DNA of 64,000 bases from Ruminococcus sp. GTDB lineage: Bacteria > Bacillota > Clostridia > Lachnospirales > Lachnospiraceae. The number at the start of each line of letters is the position of its first letter. Position 1 is the stretch's first letter. The stretch spans positions 70 to 64,069 of the forward strand of contig JARIEI010000195.1 of NCBI GenBank assembly GCA_029256845.1, in the 5' to 3' direction. The notes below the pieces were generated by a model. It did not search any database, had not been told where the DNA came from, and saw only the letters and a program-made list of their open reading frames with translations. Shown in pieces: positions 28,115 to 37,754 of this stretch. Position numbers and translations under genes: made by a program.

Positions 28115-29389
28115 ATGAAAAACAAAGAAAAGAAAAAAATAGGATTGACCACATGGATTTTTCTTAGTTTACTTTTGGGATCGATAGCGGGCATTATTCT
28201 TCATTACTGGGTTCCCACAGGTTATGTAAGAGATGAAGTGATTATTAATGGAGTGTTTTATGTAATCGGTAACGGGTTTCTACGTGCCATGCAGATGTTA
28301 GTTGTTCCACTTGTATTTTGCTCTTTGGTTTGTGGAAGTATGGCCATTGGAGACACAAAAACATTGGGAAAGGTAGGAGTAAAGACTGTATTATTCTACC
28401 TGTTTACTACGGCAGTGGCTATTTCATTAGCACTTTCAATTGGTAAACTTATTCATCCAGGAGTTGGATTGGATATATCCAATATAGAACGAGCAGAAAC
28501 TACAATAGCGGAAACAACAGGATTTGCGGATACATTGCTAAATATTATTCCTAAAAATCCAATTCAAGGGTTAGCAGAAGGAAATATGCTTCAGATTATT
28601 TTCTTTGCAATTTTCATAGGAATTTTGCTTGCAAAACGTGGAGAGAGGGCTACAACAATTGCACAGTTCTTTTCAGAATTTAATGATCTTATGATGGATA
28701 TGACAATGGCGGTAATGAAGGCTGCGCCATTTGGAGTATTTTGCCTCATTGCAAAAACATTTGCTGGAATTGGATTTGATGCATTTTTGCCAATGTTGAA
28801 ATATATGTTTGCAGTATTTTTGGCATTGCTTTTGCAAGGATTTGGAGTATATCAGATTTTACTAAAAGTTTTTACTGGGTTAAATCCAATCAAATTTGTG
28901 AAGAAATTTCTTCCGGTTATGGGATTTGCGTTTTCTACAGCAACATCTAATGCAACTATTCCACTTTCTATTGATACGCTTGATAAAAAGATGGGAGTTT
29001 CTAGAAAGATTTCATCCTTTACCATTCCGCTTGGAGCAACAATCAATATGGATGGAACAGCAATTATGCAAGGAGTTGCAGTTATGTTTGTATCTCAAGC
29101 ATTTGGAATTCATTTAACTGCTGTGGATTATTTGACAGTTATTGCAACAGCAACGCTTGCATCAATTGGCACGGCGGGCGTTCCAGGGGTAGGTCTTATT
29201 ACACTTTCTATGGTATTTAATTCAGTGGGACTTCCAGTAGAGGGAATTGCACTAATCATGGGAATTGACCGTATCTTGGATATGACAAGGACTGCGGTAA
29301 ATATTACGGGAGATGCTGTATGTACTACGATTGTAGCACACCAAAATAAAATGTTAAAAAGAGATGTCTTTAATCGAATGGATCTATAA
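28115..29389 (+). CDS. Dicarboxylate/amino acid:cation symporter (DAACS family)
   Basis: Polytopic protein with SSNATIPL-like (TSNATIPLS) and GATINMDGTA motifs typical of the GltP/SstT family. Confidence 0.9.
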   Translation: MKNKEKKKIGLTTWIFLSLLLGSIAGIILHYWVPTGYVRDEVIINGVFYVIGNGFLRAMQMLVVPLVFCSLVCGSMAIGDTKTLGKVGVKTVLFYLFTTAVAISLALSIGKLIHPGVGLDISNIERAETTIAETTGFADTLLNIIPKNPIQGLAEGNMLQIIFFAIFIGILLAKRGERATTIAQFFSEFNDLMMDMTMAVMKAAPFGVFCLIAKTFAGIGFDAFLPMLKYMFAVFLALLLQGFGVYQILLKVFTGLNPIKFVKKFLPVMGFAFSTATSNATIPLSIDTLDKKMGVSRKISSFTIPLGATINMDGTAIMQGVAVMFVSQAFGIHLTAVDYLTVIATATLASIGTAGVPGVGLITLSMVFNSVGLPVEGIALIMGIDRILDMTRTAVNITGDAVCTTIVAHQNKMLKRDVFNRMDL

Positions 29390-29390
29390 A

Positions 29391-29434
29391 AAAATCCTGG
29401 ATTTTCGTTACGAGAAAATCCAGGATATTTTTTA
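29391..29434. terminator. Bidirectional intrinsic terminator between convergent genes
   Basis: 13-bp stem atcctggattttc / gaaaatccaggat, flanked by an A-run upstream and a T-run downstream. Confidence 0.78.
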
Positions 29435-29917
29435 TATATATTCTAAACGTTCAAAATATTGCATAAGGATGTTGGCACAATTTTCAACGCCAAGTTCAGA
29501 TGTGTCAAGGATCATATGATAATCATTAATATCACCCCATGTGTTGCCAGTATGTTCATAATAATAAGTAGAACGTTCTTCATCAGTTGTTTCAACTTTT
29601 TCTTTTGCTTGTTCGTATGTAAGAGATTCTAAGTCCATGATTCGTTGGATACGATCCTCTTTTGAAGCGCAAACAAAAATATTTAGTACATTCATCTTGT
29701 CTTTTAAAATATGAGAAGCACATCGTCCAAGAATAATACATGGTTTTTCAGCAAGTTTACGAATTACTTCAGCTTCTGATTCGTACAGATGGTCATCGAG
29801 TTTTTGCTCAATATAGGCTTTATCATATACCGGGATATCCAGTTTTTCGGAAAGCTCATTTGCAATCACGCTGGCACCGGTGCCGAAACGACGGCTCATT
29901 GTAATTACTAATTTCAT
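29432..29917 (-). CDS. Cytidylate-kinase-like family (P-loop NTPase) protein
   Basis: MKLVITMSRRFGTGAS N-terminus typical of the cytidylate kinase-like family. AAGGAGG RBS precedes the ATG at 29917 on the minus strand. Confidence 0.7.
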   Translation of the reverse strand: MKLVITMSRRFGTGASVIANELSEKLDIPVYDKAYIEQKLDDHLYESEAEVIRKLAEKPCIILGRCASHILKDKMNVLNIFVCASKEDRIQRIMDLESLTYEQAKEKVETTDEERSTYYYEHTGNTWGDINDYHMILDTSELGVENCANILMQYFERLEYI

Positions 29918-30150
29918 TGTAGAAGTCCTCCTTTGTATGTACATAAAATATGTAGTTTCTATTATAGCACTGTATTTAGAAAAAGGGTATGGTAGATTTT
30001 ATAAAAGTACCTTTAATACGATGAGAAATGTCAAATTTATGAGAAAGAACAACGGAAATATACTTGTTGTAGTTGAATAGAGAATATGTTATTATAGTCA
30101 AATGGTATAAAGTTTTATATTCTTATGGAGAGTTAATGAAGGAGAAGTCC

Positions 30151-31272
30151 ATGGAGAAAAAAAGATGCATTTTTCATATTCCAAATTATTTAGACACGTC
30201 TGTAAAATCTGGATCACAGTTAAGGCCACATGAAATGATAAACGGATTCAAGGAGAATGGATATATTGTCGATTGTGTGATGGGATATGGAAATGAGAGA
30301 AAAAAACAAATAAAAGAAATAAAAGAAAATATAAAAAATGGGATCAAATATGATTTTTTATATTCAGAAAGCAGTACAATGCCGACGTTATTAACGGAAA
30401 AAAATCATTTTCCGAAATATCCGCTTTTGGATTTTTCATTCATGAAATATTGTAAAAAGAAAAAAATAAAAATTGCACTGTTTTATCGAGATATACAGTG
30501 GAAGTATGAAGCATATAAAGATGAAGTTTCTTTTTTAAAAAGAATGATAACATATCCTTTGTATAGGTATGATTTATATAAATATAAACATTATGTTGAC
30601 ATTTTCTATCTCCCGACAGAACGTGTGAAAACATATTTAAGTGACTATCCAGAACTAATAAAAAAATCAGATGTACTGATGCCGGGGAGTAAAAAATCAA
30701 AAATCACTCCTTCGTGTAGAAGTGTAGAAGAGATAAAAACCGAACTCCGTCTTTTTTATGTTGGTGGAATATACGGGATATATGATTTGAAAATTTTTTT
30801 TAAAGTTGTTTCCAAAATGAAGCATATAAAAGCAATTATATGTTGTAGAGAAGATGAGTGGAAACGTGTGGAGGCTTTGTATAAAAAATATATGAATGAT
30901 AATATAAAAGTTATTCATAAATCAGGAGAAGAATTAGAAAAGTACTATTTATGGGCAGATATATGTAGCGTTTATGCGGGGGAAGGAACATATTTTTCCG
31001 TTGCTATGCCAATAAAAACATTTGAATATCTAGGACATTTAAAACCGATGATTGGTGTGAAAGGAACTTGTTCGGGTGATTATATTGAAAGGATGAATCT
31101 TGGGTGGAATGTACCTTATAATGAAAATGCATTAGAAGAGTGTCTAAGATCACTTTTAAAGAATCCAGTAGAAATAATAAATAAGCGAACGGTATTAGAA
31201 AAACAATTAATAAAAAACACTTGGAAACAAAGGTGCCATAAAGTAATACACGATTTAGTGGAGGAAAGATAA
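30151..31272 (+). CDS. Putative glycosyltransferase (GT-B-like), first gene of glycan module A
   Basis: GGAG lies 6 nt before the ATG at 30151. N-terminal CIFHIPNYLD...SGSQLRPHEMINGF. The size and operon context fit a glycosyltransferase. I saw no definitive catalytic motif. Confidence 0.5.
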   Translation: MEKKRCIFHIPNYLDTSVKSGSQLRPHEMINGFKENGYIVDCVMGYGNERKKQIKEIKENIKNGIKYDFLYSESSTMPTLLTEKNHFPKYPLLDFSFMKYCKKKKIKIALFYRDIQWKYEAYKDEVSFLKRMITYPLYRYDLYKYKHYVDIFYLPTERVKTYLSDYPELIKKSDVLMPGSKKSKITPSCRSVEEIKTELRLFYVGGIYGIYDLKIFFKVVSKMKHIKAIICCREDEWKRVEALYKKYMNDNIKVIHKSGEELEKYYLWADICSVYAGEGTYFSVAMPIKTFEYLGHLKPMIGVKGTCSGDYIERMNLGWNVPYNENALEECLRSLLKNPVEIINKRTVLEKQLIKNTWKQRCHKVIHDLVEER

Positions 31273-31273
31273 G

Positions 31274-32383
31274 ATGAAAATTTTATTTATATCTGCCGGA
31301 AATAGTTCGCATACAGCGAAATGGGTAAACGCACTTAGTAAGAATGGACACGAAATTCATCTAATCTTTAATGCAGACCATGCTCCAAAAACAGTTGAAA
31401 TTTCTCCATCAGTTCAGATTCATGCTCTAAAGCATACGGGGTTTAAAGGATATTACTTAAATGCTCGTGAGTTAAAAAAAATAGTAGAACAATTAAGACC
31501 AGATGTTATAAATGTACATTACGCAAGCGGGTATGGAACTTTAGTTCGAATTGCAAAACTTCAACATGTTTTACTTTCCGTGTGGGGAAGTGATGTTTAT
31601 CAGTTTCCGTATGAAAGTAAATTGAAAAAAGCAATATTAACAAAAAATTTGAATTATGTTGATGAAATAGCTTCTACAAGCTATGCTATGAGAGAACAGA
31701 CAAAAAAATTTTTAAAAAAGAAAAAAGAGATAGAAATCACACCTTTTGGTGTAGACATGAATGTTTTCAAACACATTCCAAAGATTGAAAAAAATAGTTT
31801 TACTTTTGGCATTGTTAAATTATTAACCCCTATATATGGAGTGGATATAGTGATATCCGCATTTGAACTGTTTTGTAGCAAGATATCTGAAAAAGAAAAA
31901 AAACATGTGTATTTAGAAATATATGGAGATGGGGAAAGTAAAACACAATTAGAAACATTTGCAAGAGATACAACAGTGTCAAAGCAGATTAAATTCAAAG
32001 GATATATTGTTAATTCAAAAGTTCCAGAAGCTTTAAATAAAATGGATGTATGTCTTCTAGGTAGCATTCAAGAAAGTTTTGGGGTTTCAGTTATTGAAGC
32101 AATGTCTTGTGGGATTCCTGTTATCGCAACAGATACAGAGGGATTTAAAGAAGTTCTTCCAAGTGGTAAGGCGGGATATATTGTTCCAGTTGGAGATGCA
32201 AGTAGCATGGCAGAGAAAATGCTTACCTTATATAGAAATCCTGAGTTGAGACTTGAAATGGGAAATAATGGAATAGAATGTGTGAGAAAAAAATACGATT
32301 GGGAAAAAAATGTAAAGAGGATGGAAGAGATTTACAATGAAATGATAAAAAAAGGAGAGACTTATGGAGAAAATAAAAAATAA
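31274..32383 (+). CDS. Glycosyltransferase family 4 (GT-B, retaining)
   Basis: MKILFISAGNS N-terminus. C-terminal E-x7-E region ESFGVSVIEAMSCGIPVIATDTEGFKEV. Confidence 0.88.
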   Translation: MKILFISAGNSSHTAKWVNALSKNGHEIHLIFNADHAPKTVEISPSVQIHALKHTGFKGYYLNARELKKIVEQLRPDVINVHYASGYGTLVRIAKLQHVLLSVWGSDVYQFPYESKLKKAILTKNLNYVDEIASTSYAMREQTKKFLKKKKEIEITPFGVDMNVFKHIPKIEKNSFTFGIVKLLTPIYGVDIVISAFELFCSKISEKEKKHVYLEIYGDGESKTQLETFARDTTVSKQIKFKGYIVNSKVPEALNKMDVCLLGSIQESFGVSVIEAMSCGIPVIATDTEGFKEVLPSGKAGYIVPVGDASSMAEKMLTLYRNPELRLEMGNNGIECVRKKYDWEKNVKRMEEIYNEMIKKGETYGENKK

Positions 32384-33461
32384 AATAATTGATTATAGTT
32401 CGAAACATCCATTTTTGCTTATTAGTTGGACATGTGTTGCAATGTTGTTGATTATGTTTTCAGTTAAGCTTATAAGTGATTTTGTACAAAAAGATAAGTA
32501 TGATAATGAAACAAAAGTCAAATTTTCCAATGAAGCATTTGAAAAAGAAATTCAAGAAATTTTTCACAAACAAGAAATTTTTCAAAAAGATTTAAACATG
32601 ATATCAGATATAAAAATAGAAAATAATTTGGAATTAAACGATATTGAAGATATTACAAAGTTAAAAAATTTGGAATCTATTTCAATTGTTAATTGTCAGG
32701 TAAGTGATATATCACCATTGACAAAATTAGATCAATTAAAGAAAATAGACCTCTCTCGGAACAGAATTGAAAGTATTGAGGGATTCGAAAATCTTCTGAA
32801 TCTAAGGGAGTTATCAATTTCAGGAAATAATATTAGTGATATTAGTCCTTTATTCAATTTGTATGGTCTAGAGATTCTTAATCTTTCAAAAAATAATATT
32901 AGTAAAATAGATCCTGAAATTGGTAATATGAAATCATTACAAAAATTGGACGTTTCAGGGAATAGATTGATCGACATTAATAATTTAAGTAATTTACAAA
33001 ACATAGTTGAGATTAATGCTAGTAGAAATAAATTGACAAGAACACCTGAACTAGGAAGTTTAGAAGAACTTACATTTTTATATTTATCTGGAAACTCCTT
33101 TGAAGAACTTAATAAAATGGGGGAATTTTTAAAACTCCAGAGATTAGATGTATCGGAAAACTTCCTGAGTGATCTAACTGTATTAGAAAGTTGCCCAAAT
33201 TTAGAAGAACTTAGTATTCGAAATAATGAATATACAAACTTAAATGGAATAGATACAGCAAAACATCTAATTGAAATTGATATCAGGGGGACTAAAATTG
33301 AAGATTTAAGTATTTTGAAAGAGTTAGATAATTTTGGCGAGATTTATCTTAATGATAATTTTGATCGAAGTAAGATAGATTTTATGATTGGCAAATTCAG
33401 AAATGCAGATCCAATATCAAAAAAATATCTATTGTCAAGACAACATGAATTGAAGGATTAG
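32364..33461 (+). CDS. N-terminally membrane-anchored leucine-rich-repeat (internalin-like LRR) protein
   Basis: One TM helix (FLLISWTCVAMLLIMFSV). About eleven 22-residue LxxLxxLxLSxNxIxDIxxL repeats follow, from ~32660 to ~33360. No LPXTG motif or other wall-binding domain. Confidence 0.85.
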   Translation: MEKIKNKIIDYSSKHPFLLISWTCVAMLLIMFSVKLISDFVQKDKYDNETKVKFSNEAFEKEIQEIFHKQEIFQKDLNMISDIKIENNLELNDIEDITKLKNLESISIVNCQVSDISPLTKLDQLKKIDLSRNRIESIEGFENLLNLRELSISGNNISDISPLFNLYGLEILNLSKNNISKIDPEIGNMKSLQKLDVSGNRLIDINNLSNLQNIVEINASRNKLTRTPELGSLEELTFLYLSGNSFEELNKMGEFLKLQRLDVSENFLSDLTVLESCPNLEELSIRNNEYTNLNGIDTAKHLIEIDIRGTKIEDLSILKELDNFGEIYLNDNFDRSKIDFMIGKFRNADPISKKYLLSRQHELKD

Positions 33462-33464
33462 GTT

Positions 33465-34856
33465 ATGAAAGAATTATTGATTTTATTTATAATAATAACA
33501 ACATTCATTGTTTCCACAGCTCTGTTTTATAAAGCGGCTGGGACATTAAATCCAGGAAAACTAAATATTATGTCGGCAGCATACTATATTTTTATGTTAC
33601 AATTTTTTGTGGGTGCTGCACTTATTGCTTTTGGGTTTGATGAACATTACACTTTGGCCTACCTAATTGATTATAAACATAGTCTTAATGTGACGTTAAC
33701 TGTCATTATGATTGTTTCTGTGGCATTTCCATTTTGTGTTTTGGTTTATCAAAAATTCATGAAAATTAAAATGAAACAATCGTATAATGAGTTTTTAAAC
33801 CAAAGTACAGAGTGCTCTAATGATAAAAGAATTTTTAAAATAATTGGGAGTATGTGCGTGGTGTGTAGCATTTTCTTGTTTGCGATACTAATCAAAATAG
33901 GATATATACCATTGTTAAAAATAGTTCATCATGAAAATGACTTTTTGTTTTCAACAGAACGAGTTAGAAATTCTGCATTATACATTGTAGAACCGCATCT
34001 TTCTAATTTGATATTGTTTACAATTTTACCACTAACCGCATATATCTGTTTTGCATATGCAATTTCTACAAAAGCACATAAGTGGGTTCTTTTGAGTACC
34101 ACGATGTTTTTATTGTCAGTAATAATTAAGACATACAAATTTGAAAAAACACCGTTACTTTTTCACCTTTTGATATATATTTTAATATATATCTATATTA
34201 AAGGTGGGATAAAAATTATCTACATGGGGGCAATGGGGGTAATTGGAACAGGTTTACTGACGTTTTCTTACATGAGTGTTGGATTTCAAGGAGCGTTTTT
34301 AGATATCTATAATGGACCATTGGGGAGAACATTATTTACTGAAGTTGGTACATTATCTTATTGCTTTGATTTATTTCCACGTATATTTAATTTTTTAGAT
34401 GGAAGAAGTTTTTCGCCAACTGTTTTAAAAATGTTGGGAATGAATCCTGATCTACATCTTCGAAGTGCGAAATTAATAATGGATTATTATGGTTCTGAAA
34501 AAGTTTTTAATGGTACAGCTGGAGTTATGAACACTTTGTTTGTGGGAGAAGCATATTCAAATTGGGGATATGCAGGAGTAGCGGTATCTATCCTTTGGGT
34601 GGCTTTGATCTTTACGCTAGTAATTGTAGCGATGTTGAAAATGAAAAAACAGCCGATTACAGTTACAATGTCCGCTGTTTTGACCATTCGATTTGTTACT
34701 ATTATGCATGGTGGATTTTGTGATTTTGTGTATAGTTTTGACATAATAGTGACGATAACAGTACTTCTATTGTTGCATTTTCTATTAGAGTCGAAAGGTA
34801 GAGAATATAGAGTTACAAATATATTAAAAAGGTTTTATAAAAGAAAAGGTAAGTAA
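33465..34856 (+). CDS. Wzy-like polysaccharide polymerase (polytopic membrane protein)
   Basis: 463 aa with more than 10 predicted TM helices, located between the LRR gene and the Wzx flippase. Wzy proteins lack strong motifs, so the call rests on topology and context. Confidence 0.5.
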   Translation: MKELLILFIIITTFIVSTALFYKAAGTLNPGKLNIMSAAYYIFMLQFFVGAALIAFGFDEHYTLAYLIDYKHSLNVTLTVIMIVSVAFPFCVLVYQKFMKIKMKQSYNEFLNQSTECSNDKRIFKIIGSMCVVCSIFLFAILIKIGYIPLLKIVHHENDFLFSTERVRNSALYIVEPHLSNLILFTILPLTAYICFAYAISTKAHKWVLLSTTMFLLSVIIKTYKFEKTPLLFHLLIYILIYIYIKGGIKIIYMGAMGVIGTGLLTFSYMSVGFQGAFLDIYNGPLGRTLFTEVGTLSYCFDLFPRIFNFLDGRSFSPTVLKMLGMNPDLHLRSAKLIMDYYGSEKVFNGTAGVMNTLFVGEAYSNWGYAGVAVSILWVALIFTLVIVAMLKMKKQPITVTMSAVLTIRFVTIMHGGFCDFVYSFDIIVTITVLLLLHFLLESKGREYRVTNILKRFYKRKGK

Positions 34857-34857
34857 A

Positions 34858-36126
34858 TTGAATATAAGAAGTAAAATTAAGGATTTAATTAAAGGTGGAT
34901 TTTTTCACATATTTTTTGGAAGTACACTTGTAAAAATGATAGCATTCATTTCTAGTATTGTGATTGTGCGTTTAGTTACAAAAGATGAATATGCATATTT
35001 GACGTTTGCAGATAATCTATATAATTATGCAATATCTTTTGCAGGATTAGGAATGGCGTCAGCGGTGCTGAAGTATTGTGCTTCTGCTAAAAGCAGAGAA
35101 GAAGATAAGGCATATTTTCTTTTTGCATTGAAATATGGAACTTTATTCGAAGGAATTTTATCATTACTCATAGTCGCATATGTTACCTTTGCGCAAATTC
35201 CCTTTCCTGAGGCTAAAAGTGTTACATACATATTGATTCTTTATCCAGTATTAAATAATATTTTAAATACTGTTATGGGATATTTAAGAGCACATGGTGA
35301 AAATGAAGTATATGCGAAGACAGCAGTGATACAGACTGTTATAGTATTTGTGGCAAGTGTTGTTTTTGTACTCATAATAGGAATTAACGGAATTGCATTT
35401 GCAAGATACTTGTCAATGGCAATTGCAATTGCATTCACAATTTCTATTCTTAAGAAATATTTATCTAGTGTGAAGAAAACAAGGTTGTCCAATATAGCAA
35501 TTAAAGGATTTATGGTAATGTCTTTGTCATTGATGGTTTCTAACTTATTTTCTTTGATTATGCCAATTAATGAAATGACATTAATTAATGAACTGTTAAG
35601 AGATGAAGTGGTTACTGCAAATTATAAAATCGCAATCATGATTCCAAGTCAACTGTCATTTATAACACAATCAATAATTGTTTATTATTTTACAATTGTT
35701 GCAAAGATGAATGATGGAAAAGAAATATGGAAGTTATCAAAGAAAGTGGGATTTTTTTCGGCTATTATAATTATTATAATTTCTATAGTTGGAGCTATAT
35801 TTAGCCCATGGATTATACGTTTGGTTTATGGAAATCGATATGAAGATGCGATTCCACTTATGATGGTATTTTGGGTAGTGTACGCCTTGAATGCAGCATT
35901 GAGAATGGTGCCTATGAATTTTCTACCCGCTATAGGTGTAGCAAGATTCAATGCAATTATGGCAGTTGTTTCATGTGTGATACATTTTGGAATATGCTAT
36001 ATCTCGATAGTAAATTTTGGAATATGGGGCGCAGGAATATCTACAGGAATTGTATATATAGTGTCGGGAAGTTTGTATTGGATTTACTATAGATATAAAT
36101 GCAAAATTATTAGTGTAAAAAAATAA
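34858..36126 (+). CDS. wzx: Wzx-type oligosaccharide flippase (MOP/PST superfamily)
   Basis: TTG start. The N-terminus FFGSTLVKMIAFISSIVIVRLVTKDEYAYLTFA is typical of polysaccharide-biosynthesis flippases. About 12 TM helices. Confidence 0.8.
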   Translation: MNIRSKIKDLIKGGFFHIFFGSTLVKMIAFISSIVIVRLVTKDEYAYLTFADNLYNYAISFAGLGMASAVLKYCASAKSREEDKAYFLFALKYGTLFEGILSLLIVAYVTFAQIPFPEAKSVTYILILYPVLNNILNTVMGYLRAHGENEVYAKTAVIQTVIVFVASVVFVLIIGINGIAFARYLSMAIAIAFTISILKKYLSSVKKTRLSNIAIKGFMVMSLSLMVSNLFSLIMPINEMTLINELLRDEVVTANYKIAIMIPSQLSFITQSIIVYYFTIVAKMNDGKEIWKLSKKVGFFSAIIIIIISIVGAIFSPWIIRLVYGNRYEDAIPLMMVFWVVYALNAALRMVPMNFLPAIGVARFNAIMAVVSCVIHFGICYISIVNFGIWGAGISTGIVYIVSGSLYWIYYRYKCKIISVKK

Positions 36127-36244
36127 AGTTGTCACATGTTAAAAATATATTCGGCTGTATGTGTAACTTATAGATTGTTTGATACAGTCATCAAAATTAA
36201 AATTTTTGATTAGCATGTACAAGGAAGAATGGAGATGAAAGAGG

Positions 36245-37744
36245 ATGGGATTTACAACACAATTTTTTTTGTTTGTATTTGCACCAATATGTTTCAGTAC
36301 ATATTATGCAGTGATTTTTTTAGAGCGAGTGCGATGCTTATCTGCATACATGAAAAAGATGCGTACAAAGGATATTGTGCTCATAATTTTTAGTTGCGGT
36401 TTTTATGCATGGTCATGTTTCGATAATATTTTTAAGTTAATAATTTACATTATGGTTATTTACCAATTTGCAAGAATACTTCAAAAAAGTAGAATGTGCA
36501 AATTTTATGTGAAAGTAGAACAAGAAAGGGCATCTACAAATAGTAAAAGAATTTATCTTTCAACAATAATTCTTTTTGGAGTAATGTCGCTAGTAGTGTT
36601 CTATCTTGTTTATTATAAGTATACATCAGCCATAGTGTATGTGTGGAATTTTTTGTTTGGAGATAGCTTGGTGGCTCATAATCTTGTAGCACCACTCGCA
36701 TTATCATTTATTACGTTTTCTGCAATTTCATATTTATGCGATGTTTATCGTCAAGATGCAACAGCGGGTTCTTTTGTTGATTGTGCATTATACATTTTAT
36801 TTTTTCCCAAGATTGTATCAGGTCCAATTATACTATGGAAAAACTTTCAAAAGCAAATTGAAGATCGTAAAATATCTTTAAATTTGATTGTTCAAGGGAT
36901 TAATAGGATTATGATAGGTTTTGCAAAGAAAGTGATTTTAGCAGATAGTTTTGGGAACTGTATTATATCAATGGGTACAAGTAATGTGGATCAAATTACA
37001 GCTGCAGGAGCGTTAATTTTATATATGTTGCAAATTTATTATGATTTTTCGGGGTATTCTGATATTGCAATTGGACTTTCTAACTTATTTGGATTTCATT
37101 GTGAAGCTAATTTTAATTTTCCCTATCGTTCAAAATCAATTACAGAATTTTGGAGAAGATGGCATATTTCTTTGGGAACATGGTTTAAAGAATATGTTTA
37201 CATTCCTTTAGGAGGAAATCGTGTGAGTTTAAAAGTTACATTAAGAAATTTGTTTATTGTTTTTATGCTAACAGGGCTTTGGCATGGATGTGGAAAAACA
37301 TATTTTCTTTGGGGGATAATTAATGCCTTTTTTATAATATTAGAACGTATTGTAGTGGATAAAAGGATTTATAAGATAATACCAAATTATATCAAATATA
37401 TTTGTACAATGTTGATTGTAATGTGTTTTTGGCAACTATTCCGTTTTGGTGATGTAATGGAAGTAGTGAATTGGTTTAAAATAATATTAGGTACCTTTAC
37501 ATTCGATAAAATTTATTATTCGTGGAAGTATTTTTTTGATTTTCAAATGGTGTGTTTTACAGTAATCGGAATTTTGGGCGCTACTATTTTGGGAAATGCT
37601 AGAATACAGAGTTTTTATTATCGAATAGCAGAAACAAAAATAGGATATATAGCACAAGAGATAATATTGATTGCATTGTTCCTACTTGCAATTCTCTTTA
37701 TGGTTAATTCCACATATAGTCCGTTTATTTACTTTCAATATTAG
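36245..37744 (+). CDS. MBOAT-family membrane O-acyltransferase (AlgI/DltB-like)
   Basis: Polytopic protein with the signature FWRRWHISLGTWFKEYVYIPLGGNR (catalytic His region) and YYDFSGYSDIAIG. Confidence 0.9.
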   Translation: MGFTTQFFLFVFAPICFSTYYAVIFLERVRCLSAYMKKMRTKDIVLIIFSCGFYAWSCFDNIFKLIIYIMVIYQFARILQKSRMCKFYVKVEQERASTNSKRIYLSTIILFGVMSLVVFYLVYYKYTSAIVYVWNFLFGDSLVAHNLVAPLALSFITFSAISYLCDVYRQDATAGSFVDCALYILFFPKIVSGPIILWKNFQKQIEDRKISLNLIVQGINRIMIGFAKKVILADSFGNCIISMGTSNVDQITAAGALILYMLQIYYDFSGYSDIAIGLSNLFGFHCEANFNFPYRSKSITEFWRRWHISLGTWFKEYVYIPLGGNRVSLKVTLRNLFIVFMLTGLWHGCGKTYFLWGIINAFFIILERIVVDKRIYKIIPNYIKYICTMLIVMCFWQLFRFGDVMEVVNWFKIILGTFTFDKIYYSWKYFFDFQMVCFTVIGILGATILGNARIQSFYYRIAETKIGYIAQEIILIALFLLAILFMVNSTYSPFIYFQY

Positions 37745-37754
37745 GAGAAAATCA

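Noticed and set aside
29945-30150. Search for an ops/JUMPstart-like or riboswitch element in the 206-nt leader of module A
   Set aside because: I found no GGCGGTAG-type element and no convincing conserved stem-loops. Only AT-rich sequence with weak promoter-like hexamers is present.
37671-37754. Upstream extension of the AlgX-like ORF overlapping the MBOAT 3' end
   Set aside because: An AGGAG RBS and the ATG at 37755 follow the MBOAT stop. The extension has no signal-anchor character.
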